64,000 bases of DNA from Chloroflexota bacterium (GTDB taxonomy: Bacteria; Chloroflexota; UBA6077; FW602-bin22; JBCLEL01): assembly GCA_965220775.1 (NCBI GenBank), contig OZ244845.1, forward strand, positions 1,683,034-1,747,033. Reading direction: 5' to 3'. Numbering within the stretch: the stretch's first letter is position 1; every line of letters starts with the position of its first letter. Both the position numbers and the translations under genes were made by a program. This document shows positions 56,517 to 64,000 of the stretch, piece after piece. Under the pieces are notes generated by a model. The model was not told where the DNA came from and made no database searches. It was given only the letters and a program-made list of their open reading frames with translations.

Positions 56517-57996
56517 GCAGATCACTCAGGCAGAACAAAGAGTTGGTGAGCTCTCTGATAGCTTTCAGAGCGTCAAACAGTCATCCGAGTACACAGATTT
56601 CTTCAAGCGGTACGATGAACGCGAGAAGTGGGATTCGTATTTCCAGGACGCTCGCAGCCGGCTGGCTGATGCTGGCGCCGTCTATGAACAGGCCGTGAAA
56701 CCTCTCCTTGATCGCAATAGCCCTGAAGACGCAGAGGCGTTGCGCGTGCAGCTGGAGCGCCTCGGCCTCGCGGTGAGAGATGCCCGCGAGGAGGCTGCAA
56801 AGCCCGGTAACCGCATGCAATTCCTGCGTGACGCCAAGGCCCAGGGCCCGGAATGGGTGGTAGAGGCCGAGAAAGATCTGGGCCTGACCAAGGTAGTATT
56901 CGACGATCTGGCCACGGTTGTAAACGAGGCCAAGAGCGATTATCCGGACAAAGAGACGGATCTTACTGCCCGCTTTGTGGCCGTGCGTGACCTCTACGAC
57001 GCGTCCCAAAAGGCGGTAGATGTTGCGAAAAGCGAGAGAAATTCGGCAGATCCCGATTACGCCGCACTGGGAGACAGTGTGCAACTTGTCGCTGAGAATT
57101 TCGACCGAATCCAAGAACAGGATAAGGAGCTAAGAGCTAGGCTGGCAGAGCTTGGTCGCAGTTACTCGAAGATGCTCGTCGATATGGATGTGCGCAAGTC
57201 CATAATCGTGGGGCGCACTAGCTGGAACGAAGGCGCAGATTTCCCCGCGGAGCACAACTACGCCTATGGTCCAAGACAGGTAGATCAAGCGACCTACGAT
57301 TCAATCGCTGGGCTTCCGGACAATCACGTCCTCGCAATCTTCACCAGCGGATTCTTCAGTGGTCAGAGTCTCCGGGTCGGCATGGACCAGGCTGGATGGA
57401 ACGCATTGGGTATCGATCCGGCGGAATCCTGGCCCAGCGGAGACGATACTGCGGAGTTTTGGTTGCAAGACGCGCCGGCCGACTACTATCACAAATACAT
57501 TGTCACTGAGAACGGCCAACGCCGAGAAACCGGCTGGGAACCAGTGACTTGGGAGTACTTCGAAGCCAACTTGGAGAACCTTGGCATGGACATTGTGACA
57601 AAACCCTACGGTGCGTACGAGGACGAGGTCGTCAACGTGGCTGCGCCTCCGGGTATGGCCTATGTCGGTAACTCCAGATACGGCGAATGGCGGGAGGATA
57701 ACCAGGGAAATCGGTTCTGGGACTGGTTTGGTCCATACTTATTCTTCAGCACACTTCTCCATAGGCCCTACTACTACAACGACTGGAATGGCTGGCGCGG
57801 CGGATACTATGGTCAGAGACCCTACTATGGTCCCGCCGGCGATTCCAAACGATACGGTACGTACTCACAGAATACAGGGACTCGATACTCTGGCTCGGCT
57901 TGGGCGAGGAAAGGCGGACTCCAAAGTCAATCTGCCTCTGTGCGTGGAGCGGGCCCTGCCGGTCGCGGGGGAGGTCCCAGCGGGGGCGGAAAGTGA
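56392..57996 (+). CDS. large lipoprotein with coiled-coil N-half and Gly/Tyr/Arg-rich C-terminal tail
   Basis: 534-aa ORF. MRTKYLWPAMAVLLTMLLMGGC is a lipobox (the ATG at 56404 may be the true start). Helical, charged N-half. The tail is ...YYYNDWNGWRGGYYGQRPYYGPAG...GAGPAGRGGGPSGGGK. Confidence 0.7.
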   Translation: MAEPMRTKYLWPAMAVLLTMLLMGGCAGLPQELRDQADAIPEQITQAEQRVGELSDSFQSVKQSSEYTDFFKRYDEREKWDSYFQDARSRLADAGAVYEQAVKPLLDRNSPEDAEALRVQLERLGLAVRDAREEAAKPGNRMQFLRDAKAQGPEWVVEAEKDLGLTKVVFDDLATVVNEAKSDYPDKETDLTARFVAVRDLYDASQKAVDVAKSERNSADPDYAALGDSVQLVAENFDRIQEQDKELRARLAELGRSYSKMLVDMDVRKSIIVGRTSWNEGADFPAEHNYAYGPRQVDQATYDSIAGLPDNHVLAIFTSGFFSGQSLRVGMDQAGWNALGIDPAESWPSGDDTAEFWLQDAPADYYHKYIVTENGQRRETGWEPVTWEYFEANLENLGMDIVTKPYGAYEDEVVNVAAPPGMAYVGNSRYGEWREDNQGNRFWDWFGPYLFFSTLLHRPYYYNDWNGWRGGYYGQRPYYGPAGDSKRYGTYSQNTGTRYSGSAWARKGGLQSQSASVRGAGPAGRGGGPSGGGK

Positions 57997-58053
57997 CCCT
58001 CCGGCCAACAGAACTACATTCGGAGTCTGTGAGAGAACAAAGGAGCGAAGCTC

Positions 58054-58923
58054 GTGTCTAACATCGACCTATCGCAAGAGGTCAACCAGCTTTGGCAAGG
58101 TCTCGTATTCATAGCGGTCGTCCTCGCATTCATGTTCCTCATGAAACTTTGGCGCGATTGGCGGACGCATTTCGACACCGACGAAGAGGTGGAAGAGAGG
58201 AGAAACCTTGCCGTCGGCTTACGTCGGGCCGGCATTTATCTAGCGATTGCGATTGCTATGGTGGGAGCTGTTTCTGGGTCACCGCAAGGGTTCGTGCCGG
58301 ACCTGACTGCATTGGTCATCGATGGGATTCTGGCCGTTGTCCTTCTCGCCGGTGCGCGGATATTCAACGATGCCGTGATCCTAGGAGCAGTCGATAACGA
58401 CACCGAAGCAAAGAATGGCAACGTCGCGGTAGGGCTTGTCGAGGCGGGGTCCACTATCGCGACGGGCCTTATTCTGTACGGCGCATTCACCGGAGAGAGT
58501 GTCGATTTACTGAACGGTATCTTGAGTGTTCTGGCATTTGCGGTTCTGGGTCAGATAGCGTTGTTCGTTTTCTACGAGGTGTACCAGCTAATTACACCGT
58601 TCAACGTCAAGGATGAGATAAAGAACGGGAATGCCGCCGCGGGCACTGCGGTCGCCGGAATGCTTGTCGCCCTGGGATTCATCCTGAAGGCGAGTATCGC
58701 AGGTCCGTTTGTCAGTTGGGTAGATGACCTTGTGTCATTTGCGTTGTACGCGGTCATTGGTATCTTGGTCCTTCTCCTGTTCCGCAAGGTGATCGATTGG
58801 CTATTCCTCCCTAACACGAACCTTGCAACCGAGGTTGCCCGCGACAGGAACGTCGCGGCCATCGCCATGGCCCAAGGCGCGATTATCGCCGTGGCTCTGG
58901 TCATTAGCGCCGCGATCATCTAA
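58054..58923 (+). CDS. polytopic membrane protein with repeated DUF350-type segments
   Basis: 289-aa ORF, GTG after AAAGGAG. Four repeats of the pattern (R/G)N(V/A)A(V/A)G...G...A..(L/V)I (RNLAVGLRRAGIYLAIAIAM, GNVAVGLVEAGSTIATGLIL, GNAAAGTAVAGMLVALGFIL, RNVAAIAMAQGAIIAVALVI), as in YjfL/DUF350. Confidence 0.7.
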   Translation: MSNIDLSQEVNQLWQGLVFIAVVLAFMFLMKLWRDWRTHFDTDEEVEERRNLAVGLRRAGIYLAIAIAMVGAVSGSPQGFVPDLTALVIDGILAVVLLAGARIFNDAVILGAVDNDTEAKNGNVAVGLVEAGSTIATGLILYGAFTGESVDLLNGILSVLAFAVLGQIALFVFYEVYQLITPFNVKDEIKNGNAAAGTAVAGMLVALGFILKASIAGPFVSWVDDLVSFALYAVIGILVLLLFRKVIDWLFLPNTNLATEVARDRNVAAIAMAQGAIIAVALVISAAII

Positions 58924-59114
58924 GGGTCCCGACCCGAAGATCGCGGTCGAAGTCAGAAGGGCAAATTGTCCTTAAGCTTTTCTCCGCGCAGATACATATG
59001 TAGTGGGCTCGGTTGCGCTACTCGATGGAGCACTCCGTGAAAGGACGAGTTGCCGTAGACCAGCTGTCGGGAAAATGGCCAGCCGGATTGAGATCGTTCT
59101 TCCGGAACGTGCCT

Positions 59115-60788
59115 ATGCGCGCTCATCTCCCGACGATCCTGCTTGCCTCGTGCATGTTCTTTACCGGCGCCGCCGGCCTGGTTGTCGAGTACATCCTCAG
59201 CACCGTAAGCACCTACATCCTAGGGAACTCGATCGAACAATTCGTCATCATCATTGCGCTGATGCTGTTGATGATGGGAGTTGCCGGCTCGGCGCAGAAT
59301 CTGATCGGCGACCGCGGCCTCGTAGAGAAGTTCATCCTCATCGAGATTTTGTTGGCGTGGCTCGGTGGATTCGCCCCCATAGCAATATACGCTGCCTTTG
59401 GCGCTCTGGTGCACCACTTCCAGGTTATTCAGTACTTCTTTGTGATCTCCATAGGTCTCCTGATCGGATTTGAAATTCCCCTCGTGCTTCGTATCAACGA
59501 GAGATACCAGAAGCGGCTGGGTGCAAACATCGCCAGCATCTATACGCTCGACTACGTCGGAGCATTCGTAGGGGCCGTAGCCTTCAACTTCTTACTACTG
59601 AAGCTCTTTCCCCTCACGGAGATAAGCTTCATTGTCGCCGGCCTCAATTTCTTCGTAGCAACACTGGCATTCTGGTACTTCTGGCGACAGGACCTGATTT
59701 CCCATCGGTGGGTGATGGGGGGAGCAATTGTTGTTACCGTCTTCGCACTGGGGTACGGGTACCTCAATAACCGCGGCTGGAATCAGAGTATCGAACAGAG
59801 ACTATATAATGCGCCAATAGTCTTGGCTAAGACGACCAGCTATCAGCGGCTGGTATTGACCTATAGCGATCGACGGGGCGAATATCGGTTTTTCATCAAT
59901 GGCAATCTGCAGTTTTCGAGCAGAGACGAGAGCATTTATCACGAGCAGCTTGTACACCCGGCGATGGCGCTCGTGCCGGACCATCGGCGAGTCCTGATAC
60001 TCGGAGGCGGAGATGGCCTTGCCTTGCGTGAGGTGTTGAAATACCCGGATGTCGAAGAGGTGACCCTAGTCGAACTGGACCCGGAAATGATCGAGCTGTT
60101 TTCTACAAACTCGACTCTACGTGAACTCAACAACGATGCATTCGCCGATGCCCGGGTGAGGGCTTGGTCTTCGCCGGGGGTGCAGGCATCTGAGGAGAGA
60201 ACAGTTCTCTACCAAGAATCGGGAGAGACCGATCAAGCCGGACGCGGCGTGTCCGAGCCGATCAGTAGCGTAGAAGTGTACACCGTAGACGCGGACCGGT
60301 TCATCGCTGACGTGGGCGAAGCCTGGAACGTGATCTTTATCGATCTGCCTGACCCAAGCTCGGTGGAACTCGCCAAGCTGTACAGCAAGGAGTTCTACTT
60401 GAAATTGCATCCGGTTCTCGCCGAAACAGGCGTGGTCGCCTTACAAGCAACCTCCCCTTATCACGCAACAGAGACCTACCTCGGCATTCAGAGGACGATG
60501 GAAGCGGCCGGCTTCAGGACGTTGCCCTATCACGACAACGTCCCTAGTTTCGGCGACTGGGGTTGGTTATTGGGCTGGAAGAATGAGACTTCCGAGGAGA
60601 CGGTTCGAGCCAGAATCGAGCGTCTGTCCCAGTTTCAGGTGGAGACGGACTATTTGACGCCAGAGGTGTTCCGGCGGGCTCTTGTATTTGGAAAGAATTG
60701 GCTCGAGTCCCGGCACGACGGGATCAGTACGCTCATGGATCCCAAGGTACTCTACTATTACCTAGATGAGAGTTGGATAGCCGAATAG
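59115..60788 (+). CDS. membrane-anchored polyamine aminopropyltransferase (spermidine/spermine synthase-like)
   Basis: An N-terminal multi-TM domain of about 220 aa, followed by a SpeE-like domain (ILGGGDGLALREVLKY, IFIDLPDPSS). The start could also be 59013 or 59025. Confidence 0.85.
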   Translation: MRAHLPTILLASCMFFTGAAGLVVEYILSTVSTYILGNSIEQFVIIIALMLLMMGVAGSAQNLIGDRGLVEKFILIEILLAWLGGFAPIAIYAAFGALVHHFQVIQYFFVISIGLLIGFEIPLVLRINERYQKRLGANIASIYTLDYVGAFVGAVAFNFLLLKLFPLTEISFIVAGLNFFVATLAFWYFWRQDLISHRWVMGGAIVVTVFALGYGYLNNRGWNQSIEQRLYNAPIVLAKTTSYQRLVLTYSDRRGEYRFFINGNLQFSSRDESIYHEQLVHPAMALVPDHRRVLILGGGDGLALREVLKYPDVEEVTLVELDPEMIELFSTNSTLRELNNDAFADARVRAWSSPGVQASEERTVLYQESGETDQAGRGVSEPISSVEVYTVDADRFIADVGEAWNVIFIDLPDPSSVELAKLYSKEFYLKLHPVLAETGVVALQATSPYHATETYLGIQRTMEAAGFRTLPYHDNVPSFGDWGWLLGWKNETSEETVRARIERLSQFQVETDYLTPEVFRRALVFGKNWLESRHDGISTLMDPKVLYYYLDESWIAE

Positions 60789-60894
60789 TAACTGTTCAGA
60801 TTTGAGCGTAATTTGTCCTGCGCGTTTGCAAATTGTGATCGAACAAGGACGGTAGGTTGTGGCGGAACTGCCCATAGCGACTCAATGTGGCACG

Positions 60895-61640
60895 GGTGCG
60901 CCGGCCGCCCCTCCCCTGGATTCCCGCCCCGTATCGGGGTACGGGGCATGCTGTTGATCGCGGGAATCACCATGGCCTTGCGAAGGCCGCATAAGCCGCA
61001 TAAGAGGATGAAAATTGGCAACGCGAGTTAGGGGACTCATCCATCCCGGATCGGAGTCCGGGACATGCTTTCATAGCAATCGCTCATGCCGGCTGCCGCC
61101 GGCACACCAAAGTATGAAAACCCGGAGTTGTGATTTGGTACAGCGAATTGGCACGGCGGATTCTGCTACGCCCCACCCCGACCCCTGCGGGGGACAAGCC
61201 CTCGCGCTACATTTTCTCATTCCGGCATCGACCATCGGTCTACAATTCGGCAGGTTTCGCCGGTGGAGAGCCGGCATCGAGGTTGATTGGAGGGCACATC
61301 CCGGATCGGAGTCCGGGACATGCTTTCGTACCAATCGCTCATGCCGGCGGGCGCCGGCACACCAAGGTATGAAAAGCCGGAGTTGCGGCTTGGTACAGCG
61401 AATTGCCATGGCGGATTCTGCCATGCCCCACCCCGACCCCTGCGGGGGACAAGCCCCCGCGCTACATTCTCTCATTCCGGCATCGGCCATCGGTCTACAA
61501 TTCGGCAGGTTTCGCCGGTGGAGAGCCGGCATCGAGGTTGATTGGAGGGCACATCCCGGATCGGGGTCCGGGACATGCTTTCGTACCAATGACGAGAGTG
61601 GGGATCTATTCTCGTACCAATGACACTCACGAGACTGGTC
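60895..61640. repeat. intergenic cluster of palindromic modules (cluster R9), about 3 tandem units of 245-265 bp
   Basis: The anchor atcccggatcggagtccggg occurs at 61043 and 61308, with a variant (atcccggatcggggtccggg) at 61553. Units match 40.5-40.8 kb and, inverted, 24.96-25.2 kb. Preceded by ccccgtatcggggtacgggg and tggccttgcgaaggcc modules. Confidence 0.9.
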
Positions 61641-61694
61641 CGCCTAAATCTGAACAGTTACGCCGAATAAGCTGAATCTACCAGCTAGATTGTT

Positions 61695-62027
61695 TCAGGT
61701 CTGGCCGAACCGGCGATGGCCGCGTGTCGGTGCGACGGTCGCTTTTTTCAGCCGGCTGCCGCAGAACGGGCAATAGCGAGCCGGCCAGAAACGGATCTCC
61801 GGATTGCCGACGCTGACCGTCTCGTAATCGGTGCCGTAGAGCAACCAGCCGGAATCGCTGTCAATGGGATTGGCGAACGTGACGTCGCAGGCGCTGCGGA
61901 AATCCTCGCAGCAATACTCGATCTTCATGCCCGGGCCGGTGCTCGCCCCATCTGAAGTTCTCAATCGGTCGTCCTCGTCTTCCAGTCGCCCGCTGCGGAT
62001 CTCAGGATAGCTCTCGATATTCCGCAA
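61695..62027 (-). CDS. small Cys-containing hypothetical protein
   Basis: 110-aa ORF (alternative ATG at 61928 gives MKIEYCCEDF...). It has a C-terminal CPFCG motif and lies 15 bp downstream of the toast-rack gene on the same strand. Confidence 0.4.
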   Translation of the reverse strand: MRNIESYPEIRSGRLEDEDDRLRTSDGASTGPGMKIEYCCEDFRSACDVTFANPIDSDSGWLLYGTDYETVSVGNPEIRFWPARYCPFCGSRLKKATVAPTRGHRRFGQT

Positions 62028-62042
62028 TATGCAGGCTCCGTG

Positions 62043-62999
62043 CTACCGGATAGAGATCGATGAAACTCCGCTGTCAATCCGCAAGTCTACGCGATTATCC
62101 GCGCTTTCATAGTCGGGCGAAACATATCTGTCTCCCACTTTCGGGAAGCGTGCCAGGTCGACATCGATGTCATTGAGTCCTCCCTCGATTCTGATGCTGG
62201 CGGCGACTCCTTCTGGGATTTCGATATCGATCTCTGCGGCGCCCGTAGAAATCGATCCCACGGTGTGCCCAAGCTTCGGCGCGACGATGTCGATCGTGCT
62301 CGCACCAGCATCAAGCGTAAATCGAGTGACTCTTAGAGATCCCATGTCGAGTTTCGCTTCAGAAGCACCGAATGCAAACTCCAAATTCAGTGGAATCTCC
62401 TGGGTTAGCATCACGTCCCAATCGTCTGCAACGACAGTCGATCCGCCAAAGAATCCTTCGCCCGAGCTGTGCAGCTCGAGCACGGCGGCTCTATCGTCAC
62501 GACGCAACTCTTGCTCGATGAATCTATTCGAGCGGATCGCTCCAGTGGCCAGAAGTTGACTGCCGCGTTCGAGCTCGGAGAGCTCGAATGCGGCTGCACC
62601 GGTAGCTAAGCGGATGGTAGCGCTTTCCGCTAGGCCCAACTCGGCCTTCACATTGTGCGTCACAAGGTGTGGAAGTCCATAGTTACCCACCGCGGATGGC
62701 GATAGCGTCGCTATGAGGAGAATTCCGGCAATGGCGGCAATCGCGATAACTCCCATAAGATATTTGCCTAGAGCCGTCCGCCGGCCGACGATGATGTCGA
62801 GCCCTATAAGGATCAGAATGACCGGCCAAAAGCGCCAGAGTCGTCCCCAGACTTCCCAAGGTACAAATCCCAACGTCTGAGATAGGAAGATCAATCCCAG
62901 GGCAATTAGCAGGATTGGAAATAGGAGTGAGCCTCGGTTATTGGCTGCCTGCGATTGAGTCGAACCCACAGATGGTGCGTTCACAGTTTGGTCGCTCAT
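62043..62999 (-). CDS. LiaF-like membrane protein: N-terminal TM hairpins plus C-terminal toast-rack (DUF4097/DUF2154-like) beta domain
   Basis: 318-aa ORF. The N-terminus LLFPILLIALGLIFLSQTLGFVPWEVWGRLWRFWPVILILIGLDIIVG shares the hairpin motif of the three upstream small genes. The C-terminal half shows repetitive short beta-strand patterns (GAAEIDIEIPEGVAASIRIEGGLNDIDVDL). ATGA overlap with the upstream gene. Confidence 0.7.
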   Translation of the reverse strand: MSDQTVNAPSVGSTQSQAANNRGSLLFPILLIALGLIFLSQTLGFVPWEVWGRLWRFWPVILILIGLDIIVGRRTALGKYLMGVIAIAAIAGILLIATLSPSAVGNYGLPHLVTHNVKAELGLAESATIRLATGAAAFELSELERGSQLLATGAIRSNRFIEQELRRDDRAAVLELHSSGEGFFGGSTVVADDWDVMLTQEIPLNLEFAFGASEAKLDMGSLRVTRFTLDAGASTIDIVAPKLGHTVGSISTGAAEIDIEIPEGVAASIRIEGGLNDIDVDLARFPKVGDRYVSPDYESADNRVDLRIDSGVSSISIR

Positions 63000-63256
63000 T
63001 TTCTAACCCTCAAGTTGACATTCCTTGCCAGAGTGAATAGTCCGATCCCGATAATGATTGTGGGCCACATCGTCCCCCAGTTCCACCACCAAAGGAACCC
63101 AAGATTGGCCAGCAAAAATATCACCCCAACCAGGATCAGGATCAGGCCGGCTAGTTGCTTTGGTCTCCAACCGCCTTTGGACGGCATTGACTTGATGGAG
63201 ACCGTGTTTGCACTGTCCGAGCCGGTCAAACGGTTGCTAGTAGCTTGCTCACTCAT
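62996..63256 (-). CDS. small LiaI/PspC-type TM-hairpin protein (paralogue 3)
   Basis: 86 aa from the internal ATG: MSEQATSNRLTGSDS...KQLAGLILILVGVIFLLANLGFLWWWNWGTMWPTIIIGIGLFTLARN. ATGA overlaps at both ends. Confidence 0.65.
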   Translation of the reverse strand: MSEQATSNRLTGSDSANTVSIKSMPSKGGWRPKQLAGLILILVGVIFLLANLGFLWWWNWGTMWPTIIIGIGLFTLARNVNLRVRK

Positions 63257-63513
63257 CGTGCCTCCTTCCCCCTCGTGTTGCCCATCAAGAAGAATAGCCC
63301 TACTCCCATTATGATCACGGGCCAAGTCGTATCCCAATCCCACCACCAGAAGAGTCCAAAATTGGACAGAAGAAAAATCACTCCAACTAGGATCAGGATC
63401 AGGCCGGCTAGCTGCTTCCGTCTCCACCGGCCACTGGATGGCTTCGGCTCGATGGCGACAGGTGTCGCACTTTCCGAACGGGTCGAGTCATTGCTGGCGG
63501 TTTGTTCACTCAT
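63253..63513 (-). CDS. small LiaI/PspC-type TM-hairpin protein (paralogue 2)
   Basis: 86-aa ORF: MSEQTASNDSTRSES...KQLAGLILILVGVIFLLSNFGLFWWWDWDTTWPVIIMGVGLFFLMGN. ATGA overlaps at both ends. Confidence 0.65.
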   Translation of the reverse strand: MSEQTASNDSTRSESATPVAIEPKPSSGRWRRKQLAGLILILVGVIFLLSNFGLFWWWDWDTTWPVIIMGVGLFFLMGNTRGKEAR

Positions 63514-64000
63514 CGTTCACCTCTGCTTCTAGCGTTGTTCGCCAAGAGGAATAGACCTATTCCGATAATGACCATTGGCCACATCCAGTCCCAATTCCAC
63601 CACCAGAATAGTCCCAGGTTGTCCAGAAGAAATATCGCTCCAATCAGAAGCAGGACCAGGCCGATTAGTTGCCGCGGTCGTCGCCGGCCACCGAATGGCC
63701 TTGAAGGGGCGGTTGGTGCAGTCTCTTCTGCGCGTACGGAGGAGCGTACTTCCTCGCCAAGCTGTTCCGCCCGCTGAGCGACATCCATGGCTGCATCAGC
63801 TAATCTGTGACCGATGTTCTCGCCCTCGGCTGACGCCGATTCACCAGCCGAAGTAAATGCGGCGTTGGCTTCCTCGCCGAGCTTCCGAGCCCGCTCGCCG
63901 ATTTCGCGAGCCGTCTCCGAGAATTGCTCGCTGAGTTCGCCGGCGCCAGAGGCCGAGTTGGCAATCGTAGATTCTGGAGTCGTGGCCGGCTCCTCCGGCA
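63510..64000 (-). CDS. LiaI/PspC-type TM-hairpin protein with a longer charged helical N-terminal region (5' end outside the window)
   Basis: The frame is open from 63998 with no stop: PEEPATTPESTIANS...AREIGERARKLGEEANAAF...MDVAQRAEQLGEEVRSSV...RQLIGLVLLLIGAIFLLDNLGLFWWWNWDWMWPMVIIGIGLFLLANN. The ORF-track entry (Met at 63788) is the shortest version. Confidence 0.6.
   Translation of the reverse strand, partial: PEEPATTPESTIANSASGAGELSEQFSETAREIGERARKLGEEANAAFTSAGESASAEGENIGHRLADAAMDVAQRAEQLGEEVRSSVRAEETAPTAPSRPFGGRRRPRQLIGLVLLLIGAIFLLDNLGLFWWWNWDWMWPMVIIGIGLFLLANNARSRGER

Noticed and set aside
61015-61675. ORFs 61015..61623, 61071..61589, 61130..61372, 61287..61541, 61403..61675
   Set aside because: Same reason as above: translations of tandem repeat units in cluster R9.

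Overview
GC-rich bacterial chromosomal window, densely coding. The clpC-radA-ispD-ispF synteny, archaeal-type apgM and many TTG/GTG starts look Gram-positive-like or Chloroflexota-like, but lineage cannot be verified from sequence alone.

Housekeeping and metabolic content:
- A five-gene cobalamin late-step cluster (cobT-cobS-cbiB-cobD-cobQ).
- clpC, preceded by a tandemly duplicated stand-alone Clp-N gene.
- radA, ispD, ispF, ndk, apgM.
- E2/E3 of a 2-oxoacid dehydrogenase, GGT, and an ECF sigma/ZAS anti-sigma pair.
- Several PhyH, SMP-30 and class-IV aminotransferase genes.
- Four tRNAs: Lys, Val x2, Glu.

Observations worth a second look:
1. A roughly 7.4 kb PspA/IM30-centred gene string at 53.4-60.8 kb. 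It runs J-domain protein, YbjN-like protein, PspA, DUF4178-like protein, unknown, large lipoprotein, DUF350-type membrane protein, membrane-anchored spermidine-synthase-like enzyme. It converges on a Lia-like operon at 61.7 to beyond 64.0 kb, made of three ATGA-coupled small TM-hairpin paralogues plus a LiaF-like toast-rack protein. Together they form a large, experimentally uncharacterised envelope-stress supra-locus.
2. A SelW/Rdx-type selenoprotein gene with an in-frame TGA in a CxxU motif and a SECIS-like hairpin. The ORF track misses it.
3. Nine intergenic clusters, roughly 6 kb in total, built from a shared set of short palindromic modules. Two copies of one composite element bracket a CRTAC1-like gene.
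4. Two tandem-repeat loci that share a TGCAAAACAA box.
5. A tRNA-Lys-adjacent toxin-antitoxin island in which most toxins are decayed.
6. A 139-bp tRNA-Val duplication bracketing an ADP-ribosylglycohydrolase gene and a PTP-like gene.

No CRISPR array, rRNA, transposase or integrase was recognised.
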